A stretch of DNA of 64,000 bases from an uncultured virus (IMG/VR IMGVR_UViG_3300032294_001063) (IMGVR_UViG_3300032294_001063); one strand, 5' to 3'; shown: positions 51,003 to 58,466, numbered from the stretch's first letter. Notes: generated from the sequence alone by a model not told the origin. A program made the numbers and translations.

Positions 51003-52037
51003 ATGAACTCATTTAAGAAAGTATCGCTAATCATCGCTGCAGCCCTGACTAGCACAATGCTTGTATCGCCAGCAGCTCAGGCTAATGCTGGAACTGTTAC
51101 CCTAACGGTGGCGGGAACTGCAGCAACAGGTGGAACAGTAGCAACAACTCCTGTATCACTACCAGTGCCAGCAGATAACAGTATCGATGCAGCAGATGCA
51201 TTGAGAATTGCAGTAACATCACTAGACACTGGAACAGTAGTAACAGCAGTTGCAACTAATGCAACAATTGTACCTGCTCTAGCAACATCATCAGTACCAG
51301 TAACTGCATCAAGCGGTTCATCAACACTTTCAGTTTCAACAGGAACTGGAAATTCAGCAGACTTTTTTGTATATACTAAGTCTACAGCAGTAGGAACAGT
51401 TGCGATTACTCGTGCTGGAACTACAACAGTTTATTATGTACAAGGCACAGCAGGTGCTTTGAACTCAATTGCTATTACAGCGCCATCATCTGGAGCAGCA
51501 GGAACTGTTGCAACACTTAGAGTAGCTGGATACGATGTATTCGGAAACCTAAGAGGTGGATCAACAATTAACACTCTTGTAAGCTCAAATGGTGCAGCCC
51601 TTGTTACAGCGCTTACAACAGATACAGCAGTAGCAACACTTGGAACTAAGGATCAAACAGTTACTCTTCCTGCTTCAGGTCAAGTTGTAGTTACAGCATA
51701 TGCAACAGTAGCAGCAGCAGTAACAGGTCTTGCAACACCAGTAGGTTCTGTAGTTGCAACAATTGCAGTCCGTGATCTTGCAGGCGAGCTTGCAGCAAGA
51801 ACAGCAGAACTAGCAGTTGCCAATGCAGCACTAGCGTCAGAAAGAGCTGGACGTGCAGCAGATAAGGTAGCCTCAGATAAGGCACTTGCAGACGCAGCAG
51901 CAAAGCTTGCAGCAGATGCAGCAACAGCCAAAGCAGCAGCAGATCTTGCTAAGGCCACTTACATTGCAGAGTATAACGCTCTAGCAAAGAAGTGGAATGC
52001 CAAGAATCCTCGTGCTAAGGTTAAGCTAAAGAGATAA
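51003..52037 (+). CDS. Secreted surface (S-layer-like) protein
   Basis: Signal peptide; Ala/Thr/Val-rich Ig-like body; coiled coil; basic C-terminus YNALAKKWNAKNPRAKVKLK; strong RBS. Confidence 0.7.
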   Translation: MNSFKKVSLIIAAALTSTMLVSPAAQANAGTVTLTVAGTAATGGTVATTPVSLPVPADNSIDAADALRIAVTSLDTGTVVTAVATNATIVPALATSSVPVTASSGSSTLSVSTGTGNSADFFVYTKSTAVGTVAITRAGTTTVYYVQGTAGALNSIAITAPSSGAAGTVATLRVAGYDVFGNLRGGSTINTLVSSNGAALVTALTTDTAVATLGTKDQTVTLPASGQVVVTAYATVAAAVTGLATPVGSVVATIAVRDLAGELAARTAELAVANAALASERAGRAADKVASDKALADAAAKLAADAATAKAAADLAKATYIAEYNALAKKWNAKNPRAKVKLKR

Positions 52038-52053
52038 TTCTCTATATTGTTCG

Positions 52054-52077
52054 TGGGGCAGGGGAAACCTTGCCCCA
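52054..52077 (+). terminator. Terminator-like hairpin
   Basis: TGGGGCAGGG-gaaa-CCTTGCCCCA. Confidence 0.6.
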
Positions 52078-52104
52078 TTGACATATAAATGCTAAAATAT
52101 ACTT

Positions 52105-52230
52105 ATGGAATACATAGAAGATGCTATAAGAGAAAAAATAGCAGATGAAATTAGATATTTAGAATTACCATATGAATGGAAACCTAACGAAGTTATTAGA
52201 TACATCGTTAGAAAAATAGAAGGGCAGTAA
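52105..52230 (+). CDS. Small protein (41 aa, leaderless)
   Basis: TGCTAAAAT ends 6 nt before ATG; not in ORF track. Confidence 0.55.
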   Translation: MEYIEDAIREKIADEIRYLELPYEWKPNEVIRYIVRKIEGQ

Positions 52231-52404
52231 ATGTTTAATAAACTAAGATTGTGGATCCTAGAGCAACAGGTGAAAGCTATTGTTGCAGAAGATTCAGTAA
52301 GTAATAAAAAGGCAGCGCCTAAGAAAAAGGTTGTAAAGAAGCAGGCTCCTAAGAAAAAGACGCCAGCAAAAAAGACAGTAAAAAAGACAACTAAAAAGAA
52401 GTAA
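52231..52404 (+). CDS. Small Lys-rich histone-H1-like protein (57 aa)
   Basis: KKAAPKKKVVKKQAPKKKTPAKKTVKKTTKKK; not in ORF track. Confidence 0.6.
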   Translation: MFNKLRLWILEQQVKAIVAEDSVSNKKAAPKKKVVKKQAPKKKTPAKKTVKKTTKKK

Positions 52405-52526
52405 TGAGTTTAGAAAAAATATGTGAGATATCGGGTTGTCCTAATCAAGCAACTCGTATCGCAGGCACAGGAACAAGCTACGTTGTTGTTTGTGAAAACT
52501 GTTGGCACGATAAGTATAGGAAATGA
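52404..52526 (+). CDS. Small zinc-finger protein (40 aa)
   Basis: C....C..A...VCENC. Confidence 0.55.
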   Translation: MSLEKICEISGCPNQATRIAGTGTSYVVVCENCWHDKYRK

Positions 52527-53161
52527 TAAACAAAGAAGTAAAAGAAATTTCAAAAGGTGTATATTATATAAAACAGTATATATCTAAGGAAACTGCAGAA
52601 ACTTTATCAAAGTATTTAAGCTCTGATTCAGTACATGTTTTAAATAAAACTAGTTCTGATGAGGTGTATAGTGGACTCTCTGGTTCAAAGTTAAATAATC
52701 CAGGAACTGTTATGGGATATGGGCCAAGTGGAAGTTATAATGTAGCTATAGACATATCAACATTTATTCTTTTTTCAATTAATGAGCTAATTGGTAATTA
52801 TTTTAATGGTAAACATCAGGTAAAGAGTTGGTTTTTTAGTTGTATGAAAACTGGATCTTTTAATCCATATCATACAGACAACTATTATCTTAACGATGAT
52901 GGTAAGCGAGTTATTGATCCAAATTTTGCTTATGATAAATCTGCAATTTTATATTTAAATGATAATTATGTTGGTGGAGAATTATTTTTTCCAAATCAAA
53001 ATTTATTAGTTAAACCAGAAATAGGAGACCTAATATTTTTTGAAGGAGATCTTGATAAGCCACATGAAGTAAAAAAAGTTGCTAGCGGAGAAAGACATGC
53101 GTTTATTACTTTTTATGAACCAGAGGGGTATTTAGCGGATAATGGAAATATTAGCAAATAA
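52523..53161 (+). CDS. 2OG-Fe(II) oxygenase (prolyl-4-hydroxylase-like)
   Basis: HTD, YLNDNYVGGELFF, PHEV, GER. Confidence 0.88.
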   Translation: MINKEVKEISKGVYYIKQYISKETAETLSKYLSSDSVHVLNKTSSDEVYSGLSGSKLNNPGTVMGYGPSGSYNVAIDISTFILFSINELIGNYFNGKHQVKSWFFSCMKTGSFNPYHTDNYYLNDDGKRVIDPNFAYDKSAILYLNDNYVGGELFFPNQNLLVKPEIGDLIFFEGDLDKPHEVKKVASGERHAFITFYEPEGYLADNGNISK

Positions 53162-53756
53162 AATATTTGTTATTGAAAACTTTTTATCACCTCAAACGTG
53201 TGATTTTATATCAGATAGCTTTTCTCAAAATCTAGTAGATAGTCCTAGCTGGGAAAATGGATCTGGAGATTATTCTGCTGGTTCCAGCAAAGATTTCTGG
53301 GGTAAAGGTATGTCTGCTGGTCCAGCATATACGTACTCGCATAGAAAAGAAGAGCTATCGGCAAAAAACAAGATGCTTCCGTATGACGGCAACAATGACT
53401 TATCTAAGGACTTGTTAACAGGAGTTGCTTTGTTACAAGAAAAAGCAGTTGCAGATATATTTAAAAAAGATATTTATATGAAGCATATGATGTATTGTTA
53501 TATGCGCCCTGGAGCTGAAAACAAACTTCACCACGATAATTGGTTAGAAGATCAGGTAAATGATCATTCTGGCCTACTATATTTAAACGACGATTATGAG
53601 GGAGGCCTTTTGCAGTTTCCAAATGAGAGCATATCTCTAAAGCCAAAAAAGGGCACATTTATATGCTTTGTTGGAGACGATACCCTGCCACATGAGGTCA
53701 CAAAAATCACATCTGGGCATAGAGTAAACCTTATATCCTTTTACTCTATTAGGTAG
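53142..53756 (+). CDS. 2OG-Fe(II) oxygenase (prolyl-4-hydroxylase-like)
   Basis: HHD, YLNDDYEGGLL, PHEV, GHR. Confidence 0.88.
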   Translation: MEILANKIFVIENFLSPQTCDFISDSFSQNLVDSPSWENGSGDYSAGSSKDFWGKGMSAGPAYTYSHRKEELSAKNKMLPYDGNNDLSKDLLTGVALLQEKAVADIFKKDIYMKHMMYCYMRPGAENKLHHDNWLEDQVNDHSGLLYLNDDYEGGLLQFPNESISLKPKKGTFICFVGDDTLPHEVTKITSGHRVNLISFYSIR

Positions 53757-53845
53757 ATTGTGCTTCTTCTAACAAAAAATGCTATAATATCTTTAATAGA
53801 TGGTATTCTAGACCCATCTAAATAAAAACCTATAGGAGAAACAAA

Positions 53846-54010
53846 ATGACAGACGGTATCAACTTAGACGGCTTCACAGCAAATCGTAAGCCAGCAGGAA
53901 CAAACGACATCAATGCAACTGGAGAATACTCACCAGCAACTGGATCATTCCCAGCAGCTAAGGATGTTTCATCTCAGGATGGCGCAGGACTCGGAAACAA
54001 CGGTAAGTAA
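53846..54010 (+). CDS. Small Gly/Ala/Pro-rich peptide (54 aa)
   Basis: TGCTATAAT promoter; RBS AGGAG; MTDGINLDGF...GLGNNGK; not in ORF track. Confidence 0.7.
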   Translation: MTDGINLDGFTANRKPAGTNDINATGEYSPATGSFPAAKDVSSQDGAGLGNNGK

Positions 54011-54011
54011 C

Positions 54012-54167
54012 ATGTGCGTAGAGTGCGGATGTGAATCAGTTGGAAGCGAGACTGGTATTGCAAATATCCCAGGAGGCATATTAGATGTTTCTAGGGACGG
54101 AGAAGCAGGATTGACACTAAGCATGACTGCAACACCAGAACAAAGAGAAAATTTTATTAATGAGTAA
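54012..54167 (+). CDS. Small protein with N-terminal MCxxCGC
   Basis: Start reassigned to ATG after the previous stop. Confidence 0.6.
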   Translation: MCVECGCESVGSETGIANIPGGILDVSRDGEAGLTLSMTATPEQRENFINE

Positions 54168-54375
54168 TAATGGCACTGGTATGGATACTCCGCCAAACAA
54201 TCAACCATCTGGCGCAGTAACTTCACAAGAAGCAACAAGAAAAAATCCTTCGCAGGGCAAGTTTAAATCTGGGTTTTCTGGTCCAAAGCCACCAACCAAG
54301 ATTGATAGAAACAAGCATGGTATTCGTAGAGAAACCGTACTTGGACAAAAGAAAACAAAGCCAAAGAAGGTTTAA
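54160..54375 (+). CDS. Small basic disordered protein
   Basis: Pro/Lys-rich. Confidence 0.55.
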   Translation: MSNNGTGMDTPPNNQPSGAVTSQEATRKNPSQGKFKSGFSGPKPPTKIDRNKHGIRRETVLGQKKTKPKKV

Positions 54376-54383
54376 TTAAATAT

Positions 54384-54421
54384 TCCCCACTAAGCCCTAC
54401 TAAGGGCTGGTGGGGATCTTT
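54384..54421 (+). terminator. Intrinsic terminator
   Basis: TCCCCACT.AGCCC-tactaa-GGGCT.GGTGGGGA followed by TCTTT. Confidence 0.65.
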
Positions 54422-54432
54422 ATTGGAGAATT

Positions 54433-54522
54433 ATGTGTAAGAATTGCGGGAACTGCTCAGCAGAACATAATGGAAGAACTATAGATGATGCTATAGATGA
54501 AACCCTTGACTCTCCCATATAA
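54433..54522 (+). CDS. Tiny Cys-containing peptide (29 aa)
   Basis: RBS GGAG; MCKNCGNC. Confidence 0.45.
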   Translation: MCKNCGNCSAEHNGRTIDDAIDETLDSPI

Positions 54523-54560
54523 ATATTATATAATAAGTATCTAACAGAAAGAAGTTTTAA

Positions 54561-54791
54561 ATGTTTTGGTCGTGGGTATTAGCTGTAATAGGCGTTGCTG
54601 GCATCTATTTTGTAGGGCGGAAGACAATATGGGGATGGCTAGTATTACTATTTAATGAAATTCTTTGGATCACCTATGCTTTAGTGACTAATCAATATGG
54701 ATTTATATTTTCAGCAATAGCGTATGCTATCGTGTATATTAGATCATATATACACTGGTCTAAAGATAAAGTAAATGATATACCGCTATGA
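54561..54791 (+). CDS. Three-TM half-size PnuC-like membrane protein
   Basis: GRK..WGW......LW..Y........Y....Y..W; promoter TTGACT-17-TATAAT at 54506-54534. Confidence 0.6.
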   Translation: MFWSWVLAVIGVAGIYFVGRKTIWGWLVLLFNEILWITYALVTNQYGFIFSAIAYAIVYIRSYIHWSKDKVNDIPL

Positions 54792-54925
54792 ATAAAAAAA
54801 CTATCACACTCATTGGGCTAATAGTAGCCCTTGTAGCAGTTGCATATGCAACATATAACAGCATTAGTCAGTTAAAAGACATAGACTATGACCCATTTGA
54901 TACGGAAGAAGAGGAAGATGATTAA
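54788..54925 (+). CDS. Small membrane peptide with acidic tail
   Basis: ATGA overlap. Confidence 0.5.
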   Translation: MNKKTITLIGLIVALVAVAYATYNSISQLKDIDYDPFDTEEEEDD

Positions 54926-55220
54926 ACCAATTGGTGGTATGCTATTACTAACAAAAGAGACAGATAAAGAGAAGACTACTCAGTCTGGCTTAGTTATCTC
55001 TGCAGTATTTAATGACTCTGGACCAAAAGTCGGAACTATCGTAGATATGGGTGCAGGAGAGGTAAACTACAGAGGTGACCTTATGCCAATCCCAGAGCTT
55101 GATATCGGAGACATGGTGTATTTTCCAGATCACACTGGCACGGAGATTGAGGACGATCAATCTAACAAATATATTCTAATTAATCATAAACACATTATGG
55201 CTAAACTAGAACGCAATTAG
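54918..55220 (+). CDS. groES: Co-chaperonin GroES
   Basis: IKPIG, TTQSGLVI, G.IV..G.G, IGD.V, GTEI, IMAK. Confidence 0.88.
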   Translation: MIKPIGGMLLLTKETDKEKTTQSGLVISAVFNDSGPKVGTIVDMGAGEVNYRGDLMPIPELDIGDMVYFPDHTGTEIEDDQSNKYILINHKHIMAKLERN

Positions 55221-55248
55221 TGAAGCGAAAAGTGCAGCGGGAGAAGAG

Positions 55249-55371
55249 ATGAATTCTACAGAATTTGACGATGAGTATGATCTTGACAGATCATTGCGTC
55301 TAAAGCGTGTAATAGAGCAGGTGCTTGAAGAAAACGCTGAACTTCTTGAAAGGTTAAAAGATAATGATTAA
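55249..55371 (+). CDS. Small protein (40 aa)
   Basis: ENAELLERLKD; preceded by repeat motif. Confidence 0.5.
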   Translation: MNSTEFDDEYDLDRSLRLKRVIEQVLEENAELLERLKDND

Positions 55372-55495
55372 TAAGATTAAATGTAAAATAAAAGGACATG
55401 TATTAGTACAGGCAGGAACCTGCCCGTTTACAGGATCAAGTTACGAATATTGCGAAAGGTGTGAAGTAATGATTCCAATTCAGGTGGCAGTATGA
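55364..55495 (+). CDS. Small Cys/His protein (43 aa)
   Basis: C...GH...CP...CERC. Confidence 0.5.
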   Translation: MINKIKCKIKGHVLVQAGTCPFTGSSYEYCERCEVMIPIQVAV

Positions 55496-55737
55496 TTGAT
55501 TGGCTAATAAACAAATTGTTTTGGTGGGCTCCAGTAAGAGAAGCTATTTTTGCAGAGGTTAATTTATACAACTCAATTACCAGAACTATTAATGATCCAG
55601 AGTCTATGAATATAGTTTCATCATTCTGGGATGAAGAAGACGGCTGGCGTGGATGGAAAGTAAAAGATGATGGTTCATATTACTTTCATGATGTGCCTGA
55701 AAAAACACTAGGAGACATAATGGAGGTGCTCGTATGA
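55492..55737 (+). CDS. Hypothetical protein
   Basis: ATGA overlaps. Confidence 0.55.
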   Translation: MIDWLINKLFWWAPVREAIFAEVNLYNSITRTINDPESMNIVSSFWDEEDGWRGWKVKDDGSYYFHDVPEKTLGDIMEVLV

Positions 55738-56114
55738 TATACCATAAACACTTATTGGTTAATGCTAAAGTAAATAATGCGGTAAAGTCAGAAGCCCAAG
55801 GAATCGAATTTCTTCGTGATCTCGTTGAAAGAATCGATATGAAAATTATCAAAGGACCGTTTGCTTCTTATGTAAACAAAGAGGGAAATAGAGGACTTAC
55901 TGGTGTCGTAATGATTGAGACAAGCCACATAGCTTTTCATATCTGGGATGAAGTAAGACCAGGATTAGTTCAATTTGACCTATATACTTGTGGTCAACTA
56001 GAATTAGATAGAGTTCTATCTATATTTAAAGAAACATTTGATGTAGCATCACTAGACTATGTTCTATTTGATAGAGAGCATGGATTTAAAGTAGAAGCGG
56101 AAGGAAGCATATGA
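55734..56114 (+). CDS. speD: S-adenosylmethionine decarboxylase-family (pyruvoyl) protein
   Basis: KHLL, GLTGVVMIETSHIAFHIW, DLYTCG. Confidence 0.82.
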   Translation: MIYHKHLLVNAKVNNAVKSEAQGIEFLRDLVERIDMKIIKGPFASYVNKEGNRGLTGVVMIETSHIAFHIWDEVRPGLVQFDLYTCGQLELDRVLSIFKETFDVASLDYVLFDREHGFKVEAEGSI

Positions 56115-56278
56115 TGGGATTCCTAGATAACCTAGAAGAGTATATTGATTTTGAAGAAGATATCGATAAAGATCCAGAACTAGATACTAAGTCAGAAGCA
56201 GGATACAGCACAGGCAAGTGGTCAGATGATGATGACTATAAAGGTAATATAACTCCATTCTTTGGTAGAAATAGATAA
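56111..56278 (+). CDS. Small acidic protein
   Basis: ATGATG overlap. Confidence 0.45.
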   Translation: MMGFLDNLEEYIDFEEDIDKDPELDTKSEAGYSTGKWSDDDDYKGNITPFFGRNR

Positions 56279-56329
56279 GATTAATATGGCCTATATAGTG
56301 CGAAAAAGTGCGGCGAGAAGAGAAGACAT

Positions 56330-56518
56330 TTGCGAAAATTACTAAAAATGTATGGAACTGAGGTAGAGGAGCTATCTGCTCCTACTGATCTAATAATCCA
56401 TACTAAGGCTCCAGGTAAATGGAAGCTGATCGATATGGAGACGGGGCAGGAATATGTAGGCTCCCCAGTTCCTACTAAATACGGGCATTGGATAAGGACT
56501 AAAGACTCTTCTATATAA
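56330..56518 (+). CDS. Conserved phage protein
   Basis: TK.P.KW.L.D.ETG..Y.G. Confidence 0.6.
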   Translation: MRKLLKMYGTEVEELSAPTDLIIHTKAPGKWKLIDMETGQEYVGSPVPTKYGHWIRTKDSSI

Positions 56519-56561
56519 AATATATGCTAAAATTGCTATATAAGAGAAAGAGTTAAATATT

Positions 56562-56702
56562 ATGTCTGAGGAAGATACCGAAAAAGAGATTTGCCATTAC
56601 TGTGCAAATAAGGCTAAATATACAGATGTCGCAGAGATAGCTAAACAGCGATATGCTGTAATTGGTGTTTGCCAATGCCACTATGTGCACGAAGCACCCT
56701 AA
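56562..56702 (+). CDS. Small Cys/His protein
   Basis: CHYC...VCQCH. Confidence 0.5.
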   Translation: MSEEDTEKEICHYCANKAKYTDVAEIAKQRYAVIGVCQCHYVHEAP

Positions 56703-56875
56703 TGGACTACACATATAGCTTCTACTGTAAATGTGGTTCAGTCCTTGATCTTGATTTATCTAATGAAATATCATATGAGCCTAAATGTTTGAAATGTAAT
56801 TCTAGTCGACTACAATTAAGATATAGTATTATCAATGGTGAGCTATATATGAACGATGATATTTTAAGAGATTAA
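56702..56875 (+). CDS. Small zinc-ribbon protein
   Basis: CKCG...CLKC; TAATG overlap. Confidence 0.55.
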   Translation: MDYTYSFYCKCGSVLDLDLSNEISYEPKCLKCNSSRLQLRYSIINGELYMNDDILRD

Positions 56876-57039
56876 TGGCTGATTGCGATCATGAGTTTAT
56901 ACCCATACTATATGGGTGTCCTCCAGATATATATGCTCCAGAGGTAAAAGCTGGCACAGCCTTTGCGGGAGGAAATCGGATGCCAAATGCTCCTGATTAT
57001 AGATGCAAGAAATGTAAGACGGGGAAGCAAAAGAATTAA
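56875..57039 (+). CDS. Small Cys protein (54 aa)
   Basis: C.H..IPILYG.P...GG...Y.C..C. Confidence 0.55.
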   Translation: MADCDHEFIPILYGCPPDIYAPEVKAGTAFAGGNRMPNAPDYRCKKCKTGKQKN

Positions 57040-57295
57040 GATCAAAGAAACACTAAAGCCATATAAAGCCCAATTCTATAGATCACCTCTATGGGTAAGG
57101 GCGGTGGCAACAGTATGCATTATCTACATAATAATACCCATAGACCTATTTGATATACTCTTTCCTTGGATGGCATATAGCGATGATATCTTCATAGCAG
57201 GGATATTGCTTAAATTATTACACAAGTATGGCTCATTGCCTGATGAAGATCCCATCAAGCCAATAGAGCTTATCAAGCAGATACTTGGCAAATAG
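56987..57295 (+). CDS. DUF1232/YkvA-like membrane protein (start uncertain)
   Basis: YIIIPIDL...P..YSDD. Confidence 0.65.
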   Translation: MLLIIDARNVRRGSKRIKIKETLKPYKAQFYRSPLWVRAVATVCIIYIIIPIDLFDILFPWMAYSDDIFIAGILLKLLHKYGSLPDEDPIKPIELIKQILGK

Positions 57296-57822
57296 ATCCA
57301 TATCCTAGGTTCCCCCCTCCATTTAACACCTCTCTAATAGCCTCCTATGGCTTATTTTGACCTATTTTAGATAGTATCTACCATAAAATATACTACTAAT
57401 TCTTGACTAAATACTACTGATATATATGTAGTTAGATATACATGTAATTGGACCCCTCCATTTTACTCCACCGTAATCCACTTTGCTCCATATTGGAGCC
57501 CATGTCCTACTATATTTGAGGGATTTTGTCAATACCCTCGTAAATGGCATATTTGGCCCACATTGTCAAGGCTTCAGGGGCATTTAATATGTCCCCGTAA
57601 ACGGGAAATTTTGCCCACAATTTTGACAGATTTAGATCACATTCTGTTATATTCTATATATGTTTCTTTAAATAAATATACATTTATATTATATTTTCTA
57701 AAATTTTGAGGGATTTTTTATATGTCTTCGTAAACGGACAAATTGGCCCACATTTTTTCCACAAAAAATCCACAGGCTGTGGATAAACCTGTGGATAATT
57801 TGGGCTATATGTTAGATTAGAT
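57296..57822. other. Non-coding junction between convergent gene blocks; putative replication origin/terminus region
   Basis: No ORFs; three ~45-bp repeats; AT-rich tract; four DnaA-box-like 9-mers. Confidence 0.6.
57755..57798. promoter_or_regulatory. DnaA-box cluster
   Basis: TTTTCCACA 57755, AAATCCACA 57766, TGTGGATAA 57778 and 57790 (reverse complement TTATCCACA). Confidence 0.7.
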
Positions 57823-58239
57823 CTACATGTATGACTGATCTATATACACTCTATTGTTGTTGGTATTTGTTTCGTGTAACCAAGAGTATCTATAGTTTTG
57901 TTCCCGCTCTTTTGGTAAGCGGTCTATGATTGCTTTCCGCTCCGTGTTAGTTATAGGTAATTTAACATTGTTAAATGTATTCTTATCTTTTATCTTATCT
58001 ATAACTTGGTCTAGTTTGTATGCTATAGCAAGACCTTCTGATACCATACCGCCGTTTTCGACTTCTCGTTCATATCGTCTTGCTTGCTTCTCAATAACCC
58101 ACGCTACAACTTCCATAATGCGGTCTAGAGTATAAGTTGGTTGGTCTGCTAGGAAACCTCCCAGAGAAGCAGGGTTAAAGAAATGGTCTTCTGAGTAATT
58201 ACACAGAAGTTCTGCAATTTGTTGTTCTTTAGTTTTCAT
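57823..58239 (-). CDS. Hypothetical early protein
   Basis: TGTCAG-box promoter and AACGAAAGG leader. Confidence 0.65.
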   Translation of the reverse strand: MKTKEQQIAELLCNYSEDHFFNPASLGGFLADQPTYTLDRIMEVVAWVIEKQARRYEREVENGGMVSEGLAIAYKLDQVIDKIKDKNTFNNVKLPITNTERKAIIDRLPKEREQNYRYSWLHETNTNNNRVYIDQSYM

Positions 58240-58260
58240 ACTCCGCCTTTCGTTTTTAAG

Positions 58261-58282
58261 ATTATATCATAAGGGGCTGACA
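58261..58282 (-). promoter_or_regulatory. TGTCAG-N10-TATAAT promoter
   Basis: Fixed-spacing motif; box lies in the inverted repeat AAGGGGCTG/CAGCCCCTT. Confidence 0.7.
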
Positions 58283-58319
58283 CTTGGCCAGCCCCTTACT
58301 TGTCCACCTACTGGACAGC

Positions 58320-58466
58320 TTACTTCTTTGGCTGTGGCTTCTCCGCCTGGAAGACCACGCCCTGTGCTGCAGCATCCTGCAGAGCCTTATTAGCGGCGGA
58401 CGAGAAACGTCCACGCTTTCCTACAGTAATTCCCTTTGCTGCTAGATATTCACGCTTTGTTGCCAT
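58320..58466 (-). CDS. Stand-alone Lsr2-like DNA-binding domain protein (48 aa)
   Basis: MATKREYLAAKGITVGKRGRFS; promoter TTTACA-17-TATAAT; RBS GAAAGGGG; not in ORF track. Confidence 0.7.
   Translation of the reverse strand: MATKREYLAAKGITVGKRGRFSSAANKALQDAAAQGVVFQAEKPQPKK

Noticed and set aside
57518..57752. Three repeats as a mini CRISPR array
   Set aside because: Units are degenerate with irregular spacing (57 and 133 bp) and recur dispersed elsewhere
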